The translations under genes were made by a program, and so were the position numbers. From an uncultured delta proteobacterium (GTDB lineage: Bacteria; Myxococcota_A; Polyangia; Fen-1088): a stretch of 64,000 bases of DNA. The stretch is taken from assembly GCA_963755125.1 (NCBI GenBank), contig CAVWIP010000008.1, positions 1 through 64,000 on the forward strand. Reading direction: 5' to 3'. Positions within the stretch are counted from its first letter, which is position 1, and each line of letters begins with the position of its first letter. The notes beneath the pieces were generated by a model, which was not told the origin of the DNA, searched no databases, and was given only the letters and a program-made list of their open reading frames with translations. Shown one piece after another: positions 16,999-27,016 of this stretch.

Positions 16999-19377
16999 TC
17001 ATTTCCGGTCCCGAAGCCCTGGGCGAAGTTCGGCTGCCTGGTTCGATCCCCGACGCTGGACCCGCCGTATGACGGCGATTCCCAGACCAATGGCATAGAG
17101 GTAGAGAGCGAGCGGTGCCTGCGATGTGCCACGCGCGGCGAGAGCGCACGAACAGCCGCCCTTTCCTGCCTGATGGGGACCCGCACCGGCGTCTGCCTCC
17201 GCGCCACCCCCTAGCCCGGACACTCCGCCAGTACCCGTGTTGCCTCCGGCTTGCCCGGACACGCCACCGCTGCCTGCCCCACCACTGGCCGCGCTGCCAC
17301 CAGTTTGCCCGGACGCGCCGCCGCTGGCCGCACCGCCACCGGTTTGCCCGGACACTCCACCACCACCTGCCCCACCGCCGGTTGGCCCGGACACGCCACC
17401 GCTGCTCACGCCGCCGCCACCCTCGCCACCACTGCCACCTCCTCCCCGACCGCCGGTTTGCGCGGACGCGCCGCCGCCCCCCGCCCCACCGCCGGTTTGC
17501 CCAGACACGCCACCACTGCTCACGCCACCGCTACCCACGCCACCACTGTCCCCTCCGCCTCGGCCGCCGGTTGGCCCGGACACGCCGCCGCTCCCCGCGC
17601 TGCCACTACCGCCACCCCCGCCCGCGCCCCCAGAGATCCCCCCCGCGCCATCTCCAGGTTGAGCGTCGACAGGCTCCGCGCCTGCATCGCTGACTCCGCT
17701 GCCTGGACTGATGGCGAGAAGTGAGATCCCGAAACGCGGCAGATCGAAGCTCACACTCACTGACCCGCCGCTGACCGCGAGTGACTGTGGCGCGTTCAAG
17801 GGCATGGGATCCATCGCTTCCTGCAACGCCAGAATCTGGGCCGCTGAAGGTGCGGCCGGGCTGCCCTGCGATGTCCACACGGTGTAGGCGTCGCCATGGG
17901 TTTCGTCGACACGCATGTGCGAAACCGTGACGGTTGATCCGAATGCGGACGGAACCTTGACGATCACTTGGACCGGCGATGTCGCCGTCGTCACCAAGTC
18001 GTCGTGGTAGTTCCAGACCAAGACCTGGATGCTCGCTCCGTTCAGCGTCGCCATGGCGTCGATGTCGGGATTGCCCCGCACGCTGTTGGCCAAGATGGAA
18101 TCCAGCGTCGCGGCGCCGCTGCTGGTAACGGGCAGGCGCGTCCCGGCTAGGCTCCCCAAGAGCTTGAAGGCACTCAGCACGGGAAGGCTGATGCCGTTGG
18201 TCGCGAGCGCACGGTAGCCGGCAAAGTACGGCGTTCCGGGAAACGTGAAGGCCCAAGTCAAGAGCCCGCCGACTTTCACGCCCATGCTTGCCTCCAGCTC
18301 AAGGGTGTGCTTCATCATGGCGATCTCGTAGGCACCGTACGCCGGCGAATATCGGTACGCATCGGCGGGCGTCGAAGTCGCCGGGCAAGCGGCGCAACCG
18401 TCGGGATCGGCCTCGGTGATATAGATGGGCGTCTGCTTGTACGCCGCCACCGCGCTCACCTGGGCAAAGCCAGTCTGGTGCAGGCTCAGCTGGTGACCGA
18501 GGTTCATCTCGACGTGCCCACCGGTGATCGTCGTGCCGCCCTTGGCATGAAAGGTGATGAGGTCGAGGCGTGTGCCCGTCTTGCCGGTCATGGCATTGGT
18601 CCCCGTCGCGCAATGCTGCAGAAACTGGGACACATAGGAACTACCTGCGCTCGCCACTGCGGGGCCTCCCAGTTGCGCCGTCGGCATTACGCCGTGGATC
18701 GCTGCCTCGGTGTAGTCGTAGAGCTCGGCGTATTCTGCGAATGTTCCGTGCCAGTAACTGTTGTCAGGTTCGTTCCACAATTCCCACAGCCACGACGATG
18801 CGACGTTCGGGTAGCGCGCGTTTACGTGAGTCGCCCATGTCGTGATGAGGCTGCCCCACTTGGTGTAATCCGTGGGCGGGTAGAAGCAACCACCATCCAG
18901 CGCGGTCACCGCCGAGTTCTGGTAAGGAGTCGGGTGCGTTGACAGCGCCTCGGGCATGAACCCGATCTCCGCGAACGGGAATGCGCCAGCTCCTGTGATC
19001 GCATCCATGATGCCGTCCATCAACGTCCACGAGTAGACCGGATTGCCCGCGGCATCTTCGGTATAGACGTTGGTTGAGCCCCACTTCAGCGAAGGAGTGC
19101 CGTCCCCCGTGTTGAGCAGAAAGTGCGTGCGAACGTGAACCGGGGCCGTATGGGCCGTGGCCAGGGTCTTGAGCAGAGCCTCACCCTCCGGGGTCGTCGA
19201 GTAGTTGACCTCGTCGTAGCCGTGGTACGGCCAGACGCGCTCAAGCGGCGTCCCGCCCGCCGTGGCATCAACCGATATCGTAACCGTTTGCGCCTGAGCG
19301 CGAGTGGCAAACCCAGCGCTCATGGTCATTGAGATGGCAACGACAAGACGAGCGTGCTCGACGCGTTTTGTGGTCAT
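16999..19377 (-). CDS. secreted clan GH-A glycoside hydrolase (GH39-like) with Gly-rich repeat linker and MYXO-CTERM-type sorting tail
   Basis: signal peptide; WELWNEPD (acid/base) and IYITEADPDGC (nucleophile) motifs; C-terminal SGGVSGQTGGGAxGGG repeats; tail GGCSCALAARG..APLALYLYAIGLGIAVIRRVQRR. Confidence 0.65.
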   Translation of the reverse strand: MTTKRVEHARLVVAISMTMSAGFATRAQAQTVTISVDATAGGTPLERVWPYHGYDEVNYSTTPEGEALLKTLATAHTAPVHVRTHFLLNTGDGTPSLKWGSTNVYTEDAAGNPVYSWTLMDGIMDAITGAGAFPFAEIGFMPEALSTHPTPYQNSAVTALDGGCFYPPTDYTKWGSLITTWATHVNARYPNVASSWLWELWNEPDNSYWHGTFAEYAELYDYTEAAIHGVMPTAQLGGPAVASAGSSYVSQFLQHCATGTNAMTGKTGTRLDLITFHAKGGTTITGGHVEMNLGHQLSLHQTGFAQVSAVAAYKQTPIYITEADPDGCAACPATSTPADAYRYSPAYGAYEIAMMKHTLELEASMGVKVGGLLTWAFTFPGTPYFAGYRALATNGISLPVLSAFKLLGSLAGTRLPVTSSGAATLDSILANSVRGNPDIDAMATLNGASIQVLVWNYHDDLVTTATSPVQVIVKVPSAFGSTVTVSHMRVDETHGDAYTVWTSQGSPAAPSAAQILALQEAMDPMPLNAPQSLAVSGGSVSVSFDLPRFGISLLAISPGSGVSDAGAEPVDAQPGDGAGGISGGAGGGGGSGSAGSGGVSGPTGGRGGGDSGGVGSGGVSSGGVSGQTGGGAGGGGASAQTGGRGGGGSGGEGGGGVSSGGVSGPTGGGAGGGGVSGQTGGGAASGGASGQTGGSAASGGAGSGGVSGQAGGNTGTGGVSGLGGGAEADAGAGPHQAGKGGCSCALAARGTSQAPLALYLYAIGLGIAVIRRVQRRGSNQAAELRPGLRDRK
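17200..17650. repeat. imperfect ~30-bp tandem repeats (coding, Gly/Ser-rich linker of the GH39-like gene)
   Basis: recurring ccgccggtttgcccggacacgccaccgctg.. units; antisense frame gives Pro-rich pseudo-ORFs. Confidence 0.6.
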
Positions 19378-19636
19378 GATTCTTCCCTACTACTTGTTTG
19401 TCGGGAACCTGCGTCCAAAAACCGACGGTCCCCGCCGCGCGCTGCAATGATTCGGATCGGTCACGCTGAGGACAGCAAGCTTGCAACAGTTATGTGCCGC
19501 TGGAGCAGCCCGACGGCTCAAGAATGTTGTCCCAGCTAGTGCCAGCCCAACGCACTTGCAGGCGCGCCGCCAGGACTCCAGAATCTTCTGGCGCGCAGCT
19601 ACGCACGCAGTTCTTGAACTTCGCGAAGGAACAGAC

Positions 19637-20068
19637 ATGTCGAACAAACTACATGTGACGCGGTTCTCGCTCGCGCTCTGGGGTGCGCTGGCGGGTCTGA
19701 CGATAATGGGCTGCGCCCACTCGGTGGCACCGCGGCGCGTGCGCTATGCCGACATTAACAACGGCGCCCTGCAGGGCTACACAGGAGCTGAGCCACTCAT
19801 TGTCGAATTCCAGCCCGGCGACCGGCTGCCCGTGAATTTTGAGTTCACGGGCGATGACTTCGAGCTGCAACCGCAGCACCCACCGCTCGAACTCGTCGCC
19901 AAACGGCACGGCTTCGTACGCATCGGTGCCAATGGTATCCGCACAAGCCCCGATCCCGATCACTTCGACATCAAGCCAAGCCAGCCGGGAAGCTTCCGTC
20001 TGGGATTCGGTGCAGCTCAAGGGAAACCTGCCAAGCTCGACGTCGTGATTGTGGCACCGCGCCGTTGA
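19637..20068 (+). CDS. hypothetical small lipoprotein
   Basis: MSNKLHVTRFSLALWGALAGLTIMGCAHS signal/lipobox; trimmed from ORF 19481..20068. Confidence 0.45.
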   Translation: MSNKLHVTRFSLALWGALAGLTIMGCAHSVAPRRVRYADINNGALQGYTGAEPLIVEFQPGDRLPVNFEFTGDDFELQPQHPPLELVAKRHGFVRIGANGIRTSPDPDHFDIKPSQPGSFRLGFGAAQGKPAKLDVVIVAPRR

Positions 20069-20289
20069 TGTTGTGCGACAAGAACTCAGGGCGTCATCGC
20101 CGATGGCGTCCCGCGCTTTCATGGACAGATTTCTTGCGGAATCGCTGCTGCAACAAATTGTAACAATCAGTCCGCCGACGGACGCTGCTGCCCAGTAACT
20201 TCCCGTGCGCGCCATTCCCATCCGGTTCGCGTTTCCCGTTGACCTAGTAGAGTGCTATCGTTCCGTGCAGTCTCTTACGCTGTAGGCGA

Positions 20290-23200
20290 ATGACCATGTC
20301 TCAAGTCTTAAATCGGCATCGATCGGTGGCCTGCGCGTGCAAGGCTGCCCGCACAACCTGGAACGTAACGCGCTGGTTCTTCCTGGGCGCGGGCATGCTA
20401 CTTGTGCTGTGGAGTTGCAACCCGCATCCTCTCACCGGAGTAGAGCCTGAAGTCACGTTCGTGCCGTCGGGCGGTACCACGGGCACCGTGACGACCTCCA
20501 GGCCCAAGTTGCCGCCAAGTCCGTTCGCGGGCGGAAGCACCGTCGTGGCCGCCGGAGGTACAGGAGGCGACACGGGCACGCCTTCAGGCGGTGCCACCAC
20601 GGTCTTCTCGAACCCCGCTGGCGGGCAGCCCGGTCCAGACGCCGCCGTCATCACAGTCCTGCCTCCACCAGACGCCGCGCCGCCGCCACCGGCGCAGGAA
20701 ACCTACTCCTGTCCCGCCGGCGATGTGCGCATCCACATAAGGGACGTCTGGTCGAGCACGGTGACCCCGACCATGAACACGATGACGGCTCCGCCCATGT
20801 CCGTTATCGTCATCAACCCCACGGGCGGCTACGACCAATACGGCGCGCGCCAGGATTCGGCGAACTGCTCCTGGTATTCGGTTTGCGTTCCCAACACCAT
20901 CACGACATTCCAGATCCAGCCCATCGGTCCTGACGCCTGCCCTGACGGCAATCCCTCGGGCGCCTTCGACGCCTCGCAGTTGATGCCCACCAGCACGGAC
21001 ATCTGGCTCGACTACACCGGCCCGTCCAGCACCCTGGCCGCCGACTACAGTGCCTATCCCAACGCCACCGTCGGCCCCCAGCATTTCCGCCTGACCAACG
21101 ACCAGACCGCGGTTGCCTCGGAAGCCTGCCCACAGGGGCAGCCCGATCAAACCGTGCCCAGCGGCTTCATCAAGGTCCATTTCCGCTGGCCCTGGGGTGA
21201 TCCCGAGGAAACCGGATTCCCGGGCTCGGCCTGCGGAGCGAGCAAGCTGGGTCACGACACGCCCCCCTACCCCAGCAGCCTGAAGGTCACCGGCGTGGGC
21301 TGCGGCGACATGCAGGCCCTGCTCGAATTCCAGGACAACAGCTGCCCCTGGTACTACGTGCTCATTCCTACCGCCGATTGGACGAAGACCGCCGCGAACC
21401 CCGTGAACATCACCTTCCGCTACCCTGATGACAGCGTGGGCCTGTGGACGCCGAATCTGCCCCTGCCCGTCCTTACTCCCGGTGTCACCGAATACTGGAT
21501 CGGCTACGCGGGCGCGCCGGACAACACGTCGGCGTCCATTCCCGTGTGCATGGACTGGTCGCAAAATCCGGAGGCGTTTTACTTCTACACGCAGAACCCT
21601 GGTCCCGGATATACCCACTGTGGCGGGTCCACTGCCCCGGTCGATCCGTGCAGCCCGCCGCTTCCACCCGGCTTCCACACCATACACTTCCGCTACATCT
21701 GGGCCGGACAGAAGACCTTCACTTACTTCCCCAAGCCCCAGTTGATGCCCGAGTGGATGGAACTGGAAGTGAGCAGCAGCAACGAGATCATCTGCTTCCG
21801 CGAGGCGGATCGCCCGTGGTTCAACTGTCCTGTGCCCGACGCGCTCTTTGTCCCCGGTGCCACCTGGCGGGCGGTGGACAAGACGCGCAACCCCGAGTGG
21901 AATACAGTCGCGCCGCGCCCCTTGGAAAACCCCACGACAGAGCCAGACTGGCTTCCGGCTGGCCCGCTGCCACCCGGCGAGTATTGGCTGCGCTGGGAGT
22001 ATGGCAAACCCGATATTCCAACCAGCGGCCTGTTCAGGTTCTACAACTACTATCCGGACTCCACCAATGGCGACTGGTCCGCCACCAGCAATTGGAACGA
22101 TAGCGCCTGCGCACCCAAGCCGCCGGCCCAGCCGGTCACGGTCGGCTTTGGATACGGCGGCTGGTTCCCCTATGCCAGCACGAACTACCTCTATCCCAAT
22201 GGAGGATCCCTCGCGTACGTCTATCCCGACGTGGCCACGGTCCAGGATCTGTTCAACGCCTTCGTGTTCGAACGCTACCTGATCTTTCGAGACAACTACG
22301 TCACCACCACCGACACGGTGTGCGGCCCGGGCACCGCGCGCATCAAGACCAACCCGCCCAAGACCGTGAGCGAGGGCCAGGGCTATGGCATGGCCATTGC
22401 CGCTGCCATCGGCGACAAGCCGACCTTCGATGCCTTGTGGAATTTCGTGCGTCATTACCTGTCGCAAGCCGCGGACAAGTACTGTGGCGGGCTGATGGGC
22501 TGGATGTGGGACGGCACGATTCCGTGCCGAACGCTCGATTCGCCCTGCGATCCCGCCAAGGAGAGCTGCAGCGGGAACGAGGACAGCGCATTCGATGGTG
22601 ACGTCGACATCGCCATCGGGCTGGTGTACGCGGCCATGCAATGGCCCGAATACACGCAGTTCGCCGTCGGTTGGCTCACCAAGATGGAGTGCGAGATCGA
22701 CACGAATTATGACAGCTGGAATTACCCGACCGAGGGCGACACCGGCCCCAAGAACTGCCAGAACTATCCCGGCCAGCCTTGCTCGTATACCCAAGGCGAT
22801 GCCGCCGTGAACGTTCACATGGACTACTACCCGCCGGGGTATTTCCGGGTGTTTGGGGATTTTCTGGCAGCCCAATTGGGCAGCACCGCTCAGGCGGCCA
22901 ACGGGCAAACCCACCACGATTTCTGGTACAAGGTCGCCCAGACCGTCTACGTGATGCTTGAGCGGTGCTACAACCAGGCGGGATTGCAGCACGGCTTTGT
23001 CGGCTACGAAGGCACGCTCGACGCGCCTTGCTCCAATGTTGGTGGCTCGCAACCGTATGAATGGGAGCGCGCGCTGTGGCGGCTGGGTATCGACGCTGCC
23101 TGGTTCGGCAACGACACCAGCTTGCCGGAAGCCGCCCCCAATTCCTCACAGTACGAACCGACCAAGTCCAAGATGCAGTCGGAAATCGACCACGTTCAGG

Positions 23201-23535
23201 ACTACTTCAACAATTTCTACGTAAACAACCCGCCCGAGGCCGGCGCCAATCGATTTTCGACCATCTGTGATTCATTGCCACCCAGCGGCGTGATCAGCGG
23301 GTGCGATCCGGGCTTTGGTCACAACTCCTATACGGTCAACACGGCTATGTGCGCCTACGCCAGTGTGTTCAACGACGGCGGGGCCACGACCCTGAGCATC
23401 CGGCAGGAAGCCATCGAAGAGTCCATATCCACGACCGTCGAAAATGATGCCTATCTCCAGGAACCGCTGGGCGTCTATTCCATACTGTTTCTGACCGGCA
23501 ACTTCCCCAATCCGATGACTGTCCCAACGCAGTAG
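20290..23535 (+). CDS. secreted multidomain glycoside hydrolase family 8 (endoglucanase/xylanase-type) with N-terminal 5x repeated module
   Basis: signal/lipobox region LLVLWSC; Gly/Thr linker; C-terminal GH8 motifs SEGQGYGMAIA and SAFDGDVDIAIGLVYAAMQW; N-terminal recurring ..HFRYxW.. modules. Confidence 0.7.
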   Translation: MTMSQVLNRHRSVACACKAARTTWNVTRWFFLGAGMLLVLWSCNPHPLTGVEPEVTFVPSGGTTGTVTTSRPKLPPSPFAGGSTVVAAGGTGGDTGTPSGGATTVFSNPAGGQPGPDAAVITVLPPPDAAPPPPAQETYSCPAGDVRIHIRDVWSSTVTPTMNTMTAPPMSVIVINPTGGYDQYGARQDSANCSWYSVCVPNTITTFQIQPIGPDACPDGNPSGAFDASQLMPTSTDIWLDYTGPSSTLAADYSAYPNATVGPQHFRLTNDQTAVASEACPQGQPDQTVPSGFIKVHFRWPWGDPEETGFPGSACGASKLGHDTPPYPSSLKVTGVGCGDMQALLEFQDNSCPWYYVLIPTADWTKTAANPVNITFRYPDDSVGLWTPNLPLPVLTPGVTEYWIGYAGAPDNTSASIPVCMDWSQNPEAFYFYTQNPGPGYTHCGGSTAPVDPCSPPLPPGFHTIHFRYIWAGQKTFTYFPKPQLMPEWMELEVSSSNEIICFREADRPWFNCPVPDALFVPGATWRAVDKTRNPEWNTVAPRPLENPTTEPDWLPAGPLPPGEYWLRWEYGKPDIPTSGLFRFYNYYPDSTNGDWSATSNWNDSACAPKPPAQPVTVGFGYGGWFPYASTNYLYPNGGSLAYVYPDVATVQDLFNAFVFERYLIFRDNYVTTTDTVCGPGTARIKTNPPKTVSEGQGYGMAIAAAIGDKPTFDALWNFVRHYLSQAADKYCGGLMGWMWDGTIPCRTLDSPCDPAKESCSGNEDSAFDGDVDIAIGLVYAAMQWPEYTQFAVGWLTKMECEIDTNYDSWNYPTEGDTGPKNCQNYPGQPCSYTQGDAAVNVHMDYYPPGYFRVFGDFLAAQLGSTAQAANGQTHHDFWYKVAQTVYVMLERCYNQAGLQHGFVGYEGTLDAPCSNVGGSQPYEWERALWRLGIDAAWFGNDTSLPEAAPNSSQYEPTKSKMQSEIDHVQDYFNNFYVNNPPEAGANRFSTICDSLPPSGVISGCDPGFGHNSYTVNTAMCAYASVFNDGGATTLSIRQEAIEESISTTVENDAYLQEPLGVYSILFLTGNFPNPMTVPTQ

Positions 23536-23685
23536 CTGATTGGGGCCGCGGCTAGGGCGTGCGTTCGGTTGGACAGCCGTGGACGGCTGAGAACACGGAA
23601 GGGAGTGAGGAGGACCCAGAGTTACTTCGCGGCCGCACTCACGCAAGGCCCTCCCCACGCACATTCAAGTGCGCTAGAAGGGCGC

Positions 23686-25908
23686 ATGTCTCGCCTTCTG
23701 ATCCATCTTGCCGCGACCCTTGCCGCCGGGGTCGGAGTCGCCTGTCAGCGTGCACCTGCGCCCGCGCACGCGGCGGCGCCTTCGTCTTCGTCGCCCGCCA
23801 AAGTGCCGCAGTCGACCGCGCCACAACTGGATGAGTTCGGGCCGCGCGTGGATCTCCTGGCCAACCGAGCCCTGTGGCACATCTATCAGCGAGGGCTGGT
23901 CATTCCTTTTGCCAGCGAAGGATTCCGCAAGTACAGCCAGGAATACACCAGCCCGTGGCGAGGGGTGACCAAGCTGCAGGATCGCTCCGGTCGCGTTCTG
24001 GGCGCCACGACGAGCACCCTGCGCTTTCCCTGGGATGGCGAAACCGGAACAGCCACCATCGTCGTGCGCACGAGCGGCGACGGCGGGCAGCGGTTGTCGC
24101 TGCGCCTGAACGGCAAGCCGCTCAAGACTGTGGGGCTGGCCGGCGGCTGGCAGGCGGTGGCCATCAATGTGCCGGCCGGCGTGCTTCGGTCGGGCGAGAA
24201 CGATCTTGCCATCGCGGTGGCCAAGAAGGGCGCGGTCTTTCACTCACTGGAGGTGCTCGCCGGCCTCGCGCCCGAGCCGGCCGACGCCTGGCCCGCACTG
24301 TCCCCCGTGGTCACGGCCAATGTGGCGGGGCAAGAGAAGACCGCGCTCGGCGGTTTTCGTCGCTATGTCATGCTGCTGGAAATCCCACGCCAGTCGTCGC
24401 TGGTGCTCGAGACCGCAGCGGCGCAGGCGGCCGCGCACCTGCGCATATCGGTGCAGCCCGAGGGTCAGCCGGCGCAAGTCCTGCTCGACGAGACCCAGCA
24501 GCCGGGACGGTGGCAACCGCACACGCTGTCGCTGGCAGCTTTGGCCGGCAAGCTGGTGGAGCTTGAATTCGCCATCGTCGACGGCGGCGAGGTGCTGTGG
24601 GCCACGCCGCGCATTCTGCTTCCCGCTGCGCCGTCTCTGCCGCGCCCCAACCCCGTGCGCAATCTGGTACTGCTCATCGGCGATGCCATGCGGGCGGACA
24701 GCCTGGCGCTCTACGGCCAGACCAAGGTTCTCACCCCGCGCATCACCGAAGCCGGCCGCAAGAACGGCGTGGTCTTTCTCAACACCCAGGCTGCCTCGCC
24801 CTCGTCACCGCCCTCGCACGCCAGCATTCAGAGCGGCACCTTGCCGCGCGTGAACGGCATCCTGGGCGACAAGGCCAAGCTGAACCCGGGCACGCCCATG
24901 ATCAGCGCGGTGCTAGGCGCGGAGAAGATCGCCACCGGCTACTACGGCGACAATTCATTTGCCATGGGTCGGCTCAAGGCCGCGTCCAAGTGGACCGCGT
25001 ATCACCAGCCCTCGCAGGAAGGCAAGGGTGGCGGCTGCCCCACCTTGATCAAGATGATGCTGGGCTTCGCCGACGAGCAGATCAAGGCCGGACGGCGCTT
25101 CTTCCTGTCGTCCATCGCGTTCGAGCCGCACACCCCGTACATCTATCACCAGGGCATTACTGAACACTACGTGAAGGGCGAGTTCGACCCGGCCATCGGC
25201 AAGAGCCCCGACGGCGTCATCCTCACCGCCATCGTGAAGGGGAAACTGCCGATGACCCCGGCGCGCTGGCAGCAGTTGCGCGGACTGTACGACGGCGAGG
25301 TGGAGTACCTCGATCAGTGTTTCGGCACCCTGGTCAACGGCCTGGCCGCGCGTGGCCAACGCGACGACACTGCAATCATCCTGCTCGCGGATCATGGCGA
25401 AGGCTTCTTCGAGCACGGCAGCCTGGGCCACGCCTATGGCCACTGGTTTGAGGTCACCCAGGTGCCGCTCGTGCTTTGGGTGCCGGGCCTCACCGACAAG
25501 GAGATCACCGTCGACACGACAGTCAGCCACGTGGATGTGGCGCCCACCATCCTCGACCTTCTCGGTCTGCTGCCCGAGCCGCGCATGCAGGGACAGAGCC
25601 TGCTGCCGATGGTTCTGCGCCAGGGTCCGTGGACCCCGCGTGTGATTCCTGCGGAATATGGCCGCAGCTACTCGCTCCGCTCCGCCCATCTGCGCTACAT
25701 CGTCGACTACGGTGGCAAAGAAATGCTGTACGACACGGCGGCTGATCCCATCGAGAAGACCGACGTCAAGGACCAGCGCCCCATGGCCCTGCGCTATCTG
25801 CGCGACTGCGCCGGCTTCTACCTGGCCCACCGTAGCCGCTGGCACATGGCCAGTTGGGGCACGCTCAACAATCAAACGCCGGAATTCGTGCAAGCCACCG
25901 GCGGTTAG
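23686..25908 (+). CDS. sulfatase-like (alkaline-phosphatase superfamily) lipoprotein with ~350-aa N-terminal domain of unknown function
   Basis: trimmed to [20 protein letters not shown]; [14 protein letters not shown] and [20 protein letters not shown] motifs characteristic of sulfatase/phosphoethanolamine-transferase fold. Confidence 0.65.
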   Translation: MSRLLIHLAATLAAGVGVACQRAPAPAHAAAPSSSSPAKVPQSTAPQLDEFGPRVDLLANRALWHIYQRGLVIPFASEGFRKYSQEYTSPWRGVTKLQDRSGRVLGATTSTLRFPWDGETGTATIVVRTSGDGGQRLSLRLNGKPLKTVGLAGGWQAVAINVPAGVLRSGENDLAIAVAKKGAVFHSLEVLAGLAPEPADAWPALSPVVTANVAGQEKTALGGFRRYVMLLEIPRQSSLVLETAAAQAAAHLRISVQPEGQPAQVLLDETQQPGRWQPHTLSLAALAGKLVELEFAIVDGGEVLWATPRILLPAAPSLPRPNPVRNLVLLIGDAMRADSLALYGQTKVLTPRITEAGRKNGVVFLNTQAASPSSPPSHASIQSGTLPRVNGILGDKAKLNPGTPMISAVLGAEKIATGYYGDNSFAMGRLKAASKWTAYHQPSQEGKGGGCPTLIKMMLGFADEQIKAGRRFFLSSIAFEPHTPYIYHQGITEHYVKGEFDPAIGKSPDGVILTAIVKGKLPMTPARWQQLRGLYDGEVEYLDQCFGTLVNGLAARGQRDDTAIILLADHGEGFFEHGSLGHAYGHWFEVTQVPLVLWVPGLTDKEITVDTTVSHVDVAPTILDLLGLLPEPRMQGQSLLPMVLRQGPWTPRVIPAEYGRSYSLRSAHLRYIVDYGGKEMLYDTAADPIEKTDVKDQRPMALRYLRDCAGFYLAHRSRWHMASWGTLNNQTPEFVQATGG

Positions 25909-25917
25909 GAGCCGCGA

Positions 25918-26056
25918 AAAGATAACTTGTGCAAAGAGCGCGACCGAGGCGCCCGGATGGCAAGAAGCGAGGAACGAGCATACCCGTCGGTATGTGAGCG
26001 ACGAGCGACGCAGCCAGCCGGGATGGATCGGCCGCGCGCCTGCTAGAGTTATCTTT
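25918..26056. repeat. perfect 10-bp inverted repeat (AAAGATAACT / AGTTATCTTT) bracketing the 119-bp spacer between convergent sulfatase-like and hslO genes
   Basis: arms at 25918-25927 and 26047-26056, AT-rich relative to surroundings. Confidence 0.5.
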
Positions 26057-26066
26057 GAGCGGCGAC

Positions 26067-26990
26067 TTAGCTCGCGGGCTGCACGGGTCGGCGCTTGCGG
26101 CGGATCAATTCCAATTCGCTCTCGGAAAACACGTAGTGCTCGCCGCAGAAGTTGCACGTGACGAAAGCCTGGTTGTCTTCGAGGATCATGGCCTGCAGAT
26201 CCTCTTCGTGCAGCATCTCCAGGGTGGCGGCAACGCGTGCGCGGCTGCACGCGCAGGAGAAAATCGCCGGTCGCCGGTCAAGCGTCTGCAGGGTCTCGGA
26301 CACGGGCCCAAGCAACCGTCGCGCGAGGGACTCGGCGTCCAGGGCACCCGAGGCTTCGCGCAAGACCTGACTGAGTCGCCGCCCGTCCAAGGTCTGGCGA
26401 ATGAACTCGACCAACGCTGCGCCCTGCGCCTGGGGCAGTGTCTGCACCAGCAGGCCCGCGGAAGCGACGACCTCGCCCTCGCGATCGACCAGGGTGTCGC
26501 AGCGGAGCACACTGTCGATCTGTTCGCTCTTCATCAGGTAGGACTCCACGTCAGCGTCGATCTCCCCGCTACGCAGCGTGGTCTGCCCGGCATAGTTCTG
26601 CGCCAGGCCCAGATCCCGGATCACGCTCACCACGCCCTTCGTTCCCACCGCTTGTGCCAGCGACAACCGGCCCGGTTCGGAAGTACCGACCCAGGGAACC
26701 GCGCCGGGATGCTTCAGGTAGCCGCGCACCCGACCCGACGAGCGCGCGTCCACCGTGATGCCGCCCAGCGGCCCATCGCCGAGTATCTGCAGGGTGACCT
26801 GTTCCTCATCCTTGGTCAGCGTGGCCAGCGTAAGGGCAGCGGTGACCGCGCGACCCAACGCGACCGCAGCCACTCCACGGGCGTTGTGCCGGCGCGCGAT
26901 CTCTCGCATCGTCAGCGTCGTGGTCACGGCCACCACGCGAGCACGGCCATTTTCCAGCAGACAGCGAAGAATCTCGTCTTGCTCAGTCAT
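26067..26990 (-). CDS. hslO: Hsp33 redox-regulated chaperone
   Basis: C-terminal zinc centre CxC...CxxC (FSCACSRARV ... CNFCGEHYVFSESELELI); overall length ~300 aa. Confidence 0.85.
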   Translation of the reverse strand: MTEQDEILRCLLENGRARVVAVTTTLTMREIARRHNARGVAAVALGRAVTAALTLATLTKDEEQVTLQILGDGPLGGITVDARSSGRVRGYLKHPGAVPWVGTSEPGRLSLAQAVGTKGVVSVIRDLGLAQNYAGQTTLRSGEIDADVESYLMKSEQIDSVLRCDTLVDREGEVVASAGLLVQTLPQAQGAALVEFIRQTLDGRRLSQVLREASGALDAESLARRLLGPVSETLQTLDRRPAIFSCACSRARVAATLEMLHEEDLQAMILEDNQAFVTCNFCGEHYVFSESELELIRRKRRPVQPAS

Positions 26991-27016
26991 GGTGTGACCC
27001 TGCCAGCGCGCATCGC

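Noticed and set aside
17036-17070. tRNA-like GGTTCGATCCCC motif
   Set aside because: Lies inside the GH39-like coding region and flanking sequence does not form acceptor/T-stem pairing
17237-17662. 141-aa Pro-rich ORF (and overlapping 17115..17693, 17251..17724)
   Set aside because: Antisense to the Gly-rich repeat linker of the GH39-like gene; Pro-rich translation is the complement artefact of GGN codons
20584-23052. 822-aa minus-strand ORF
   Set aside because: Antisense to the GH8 multidomain gene; Arg/Gly/Val-rich composition typical of antisense artefacts
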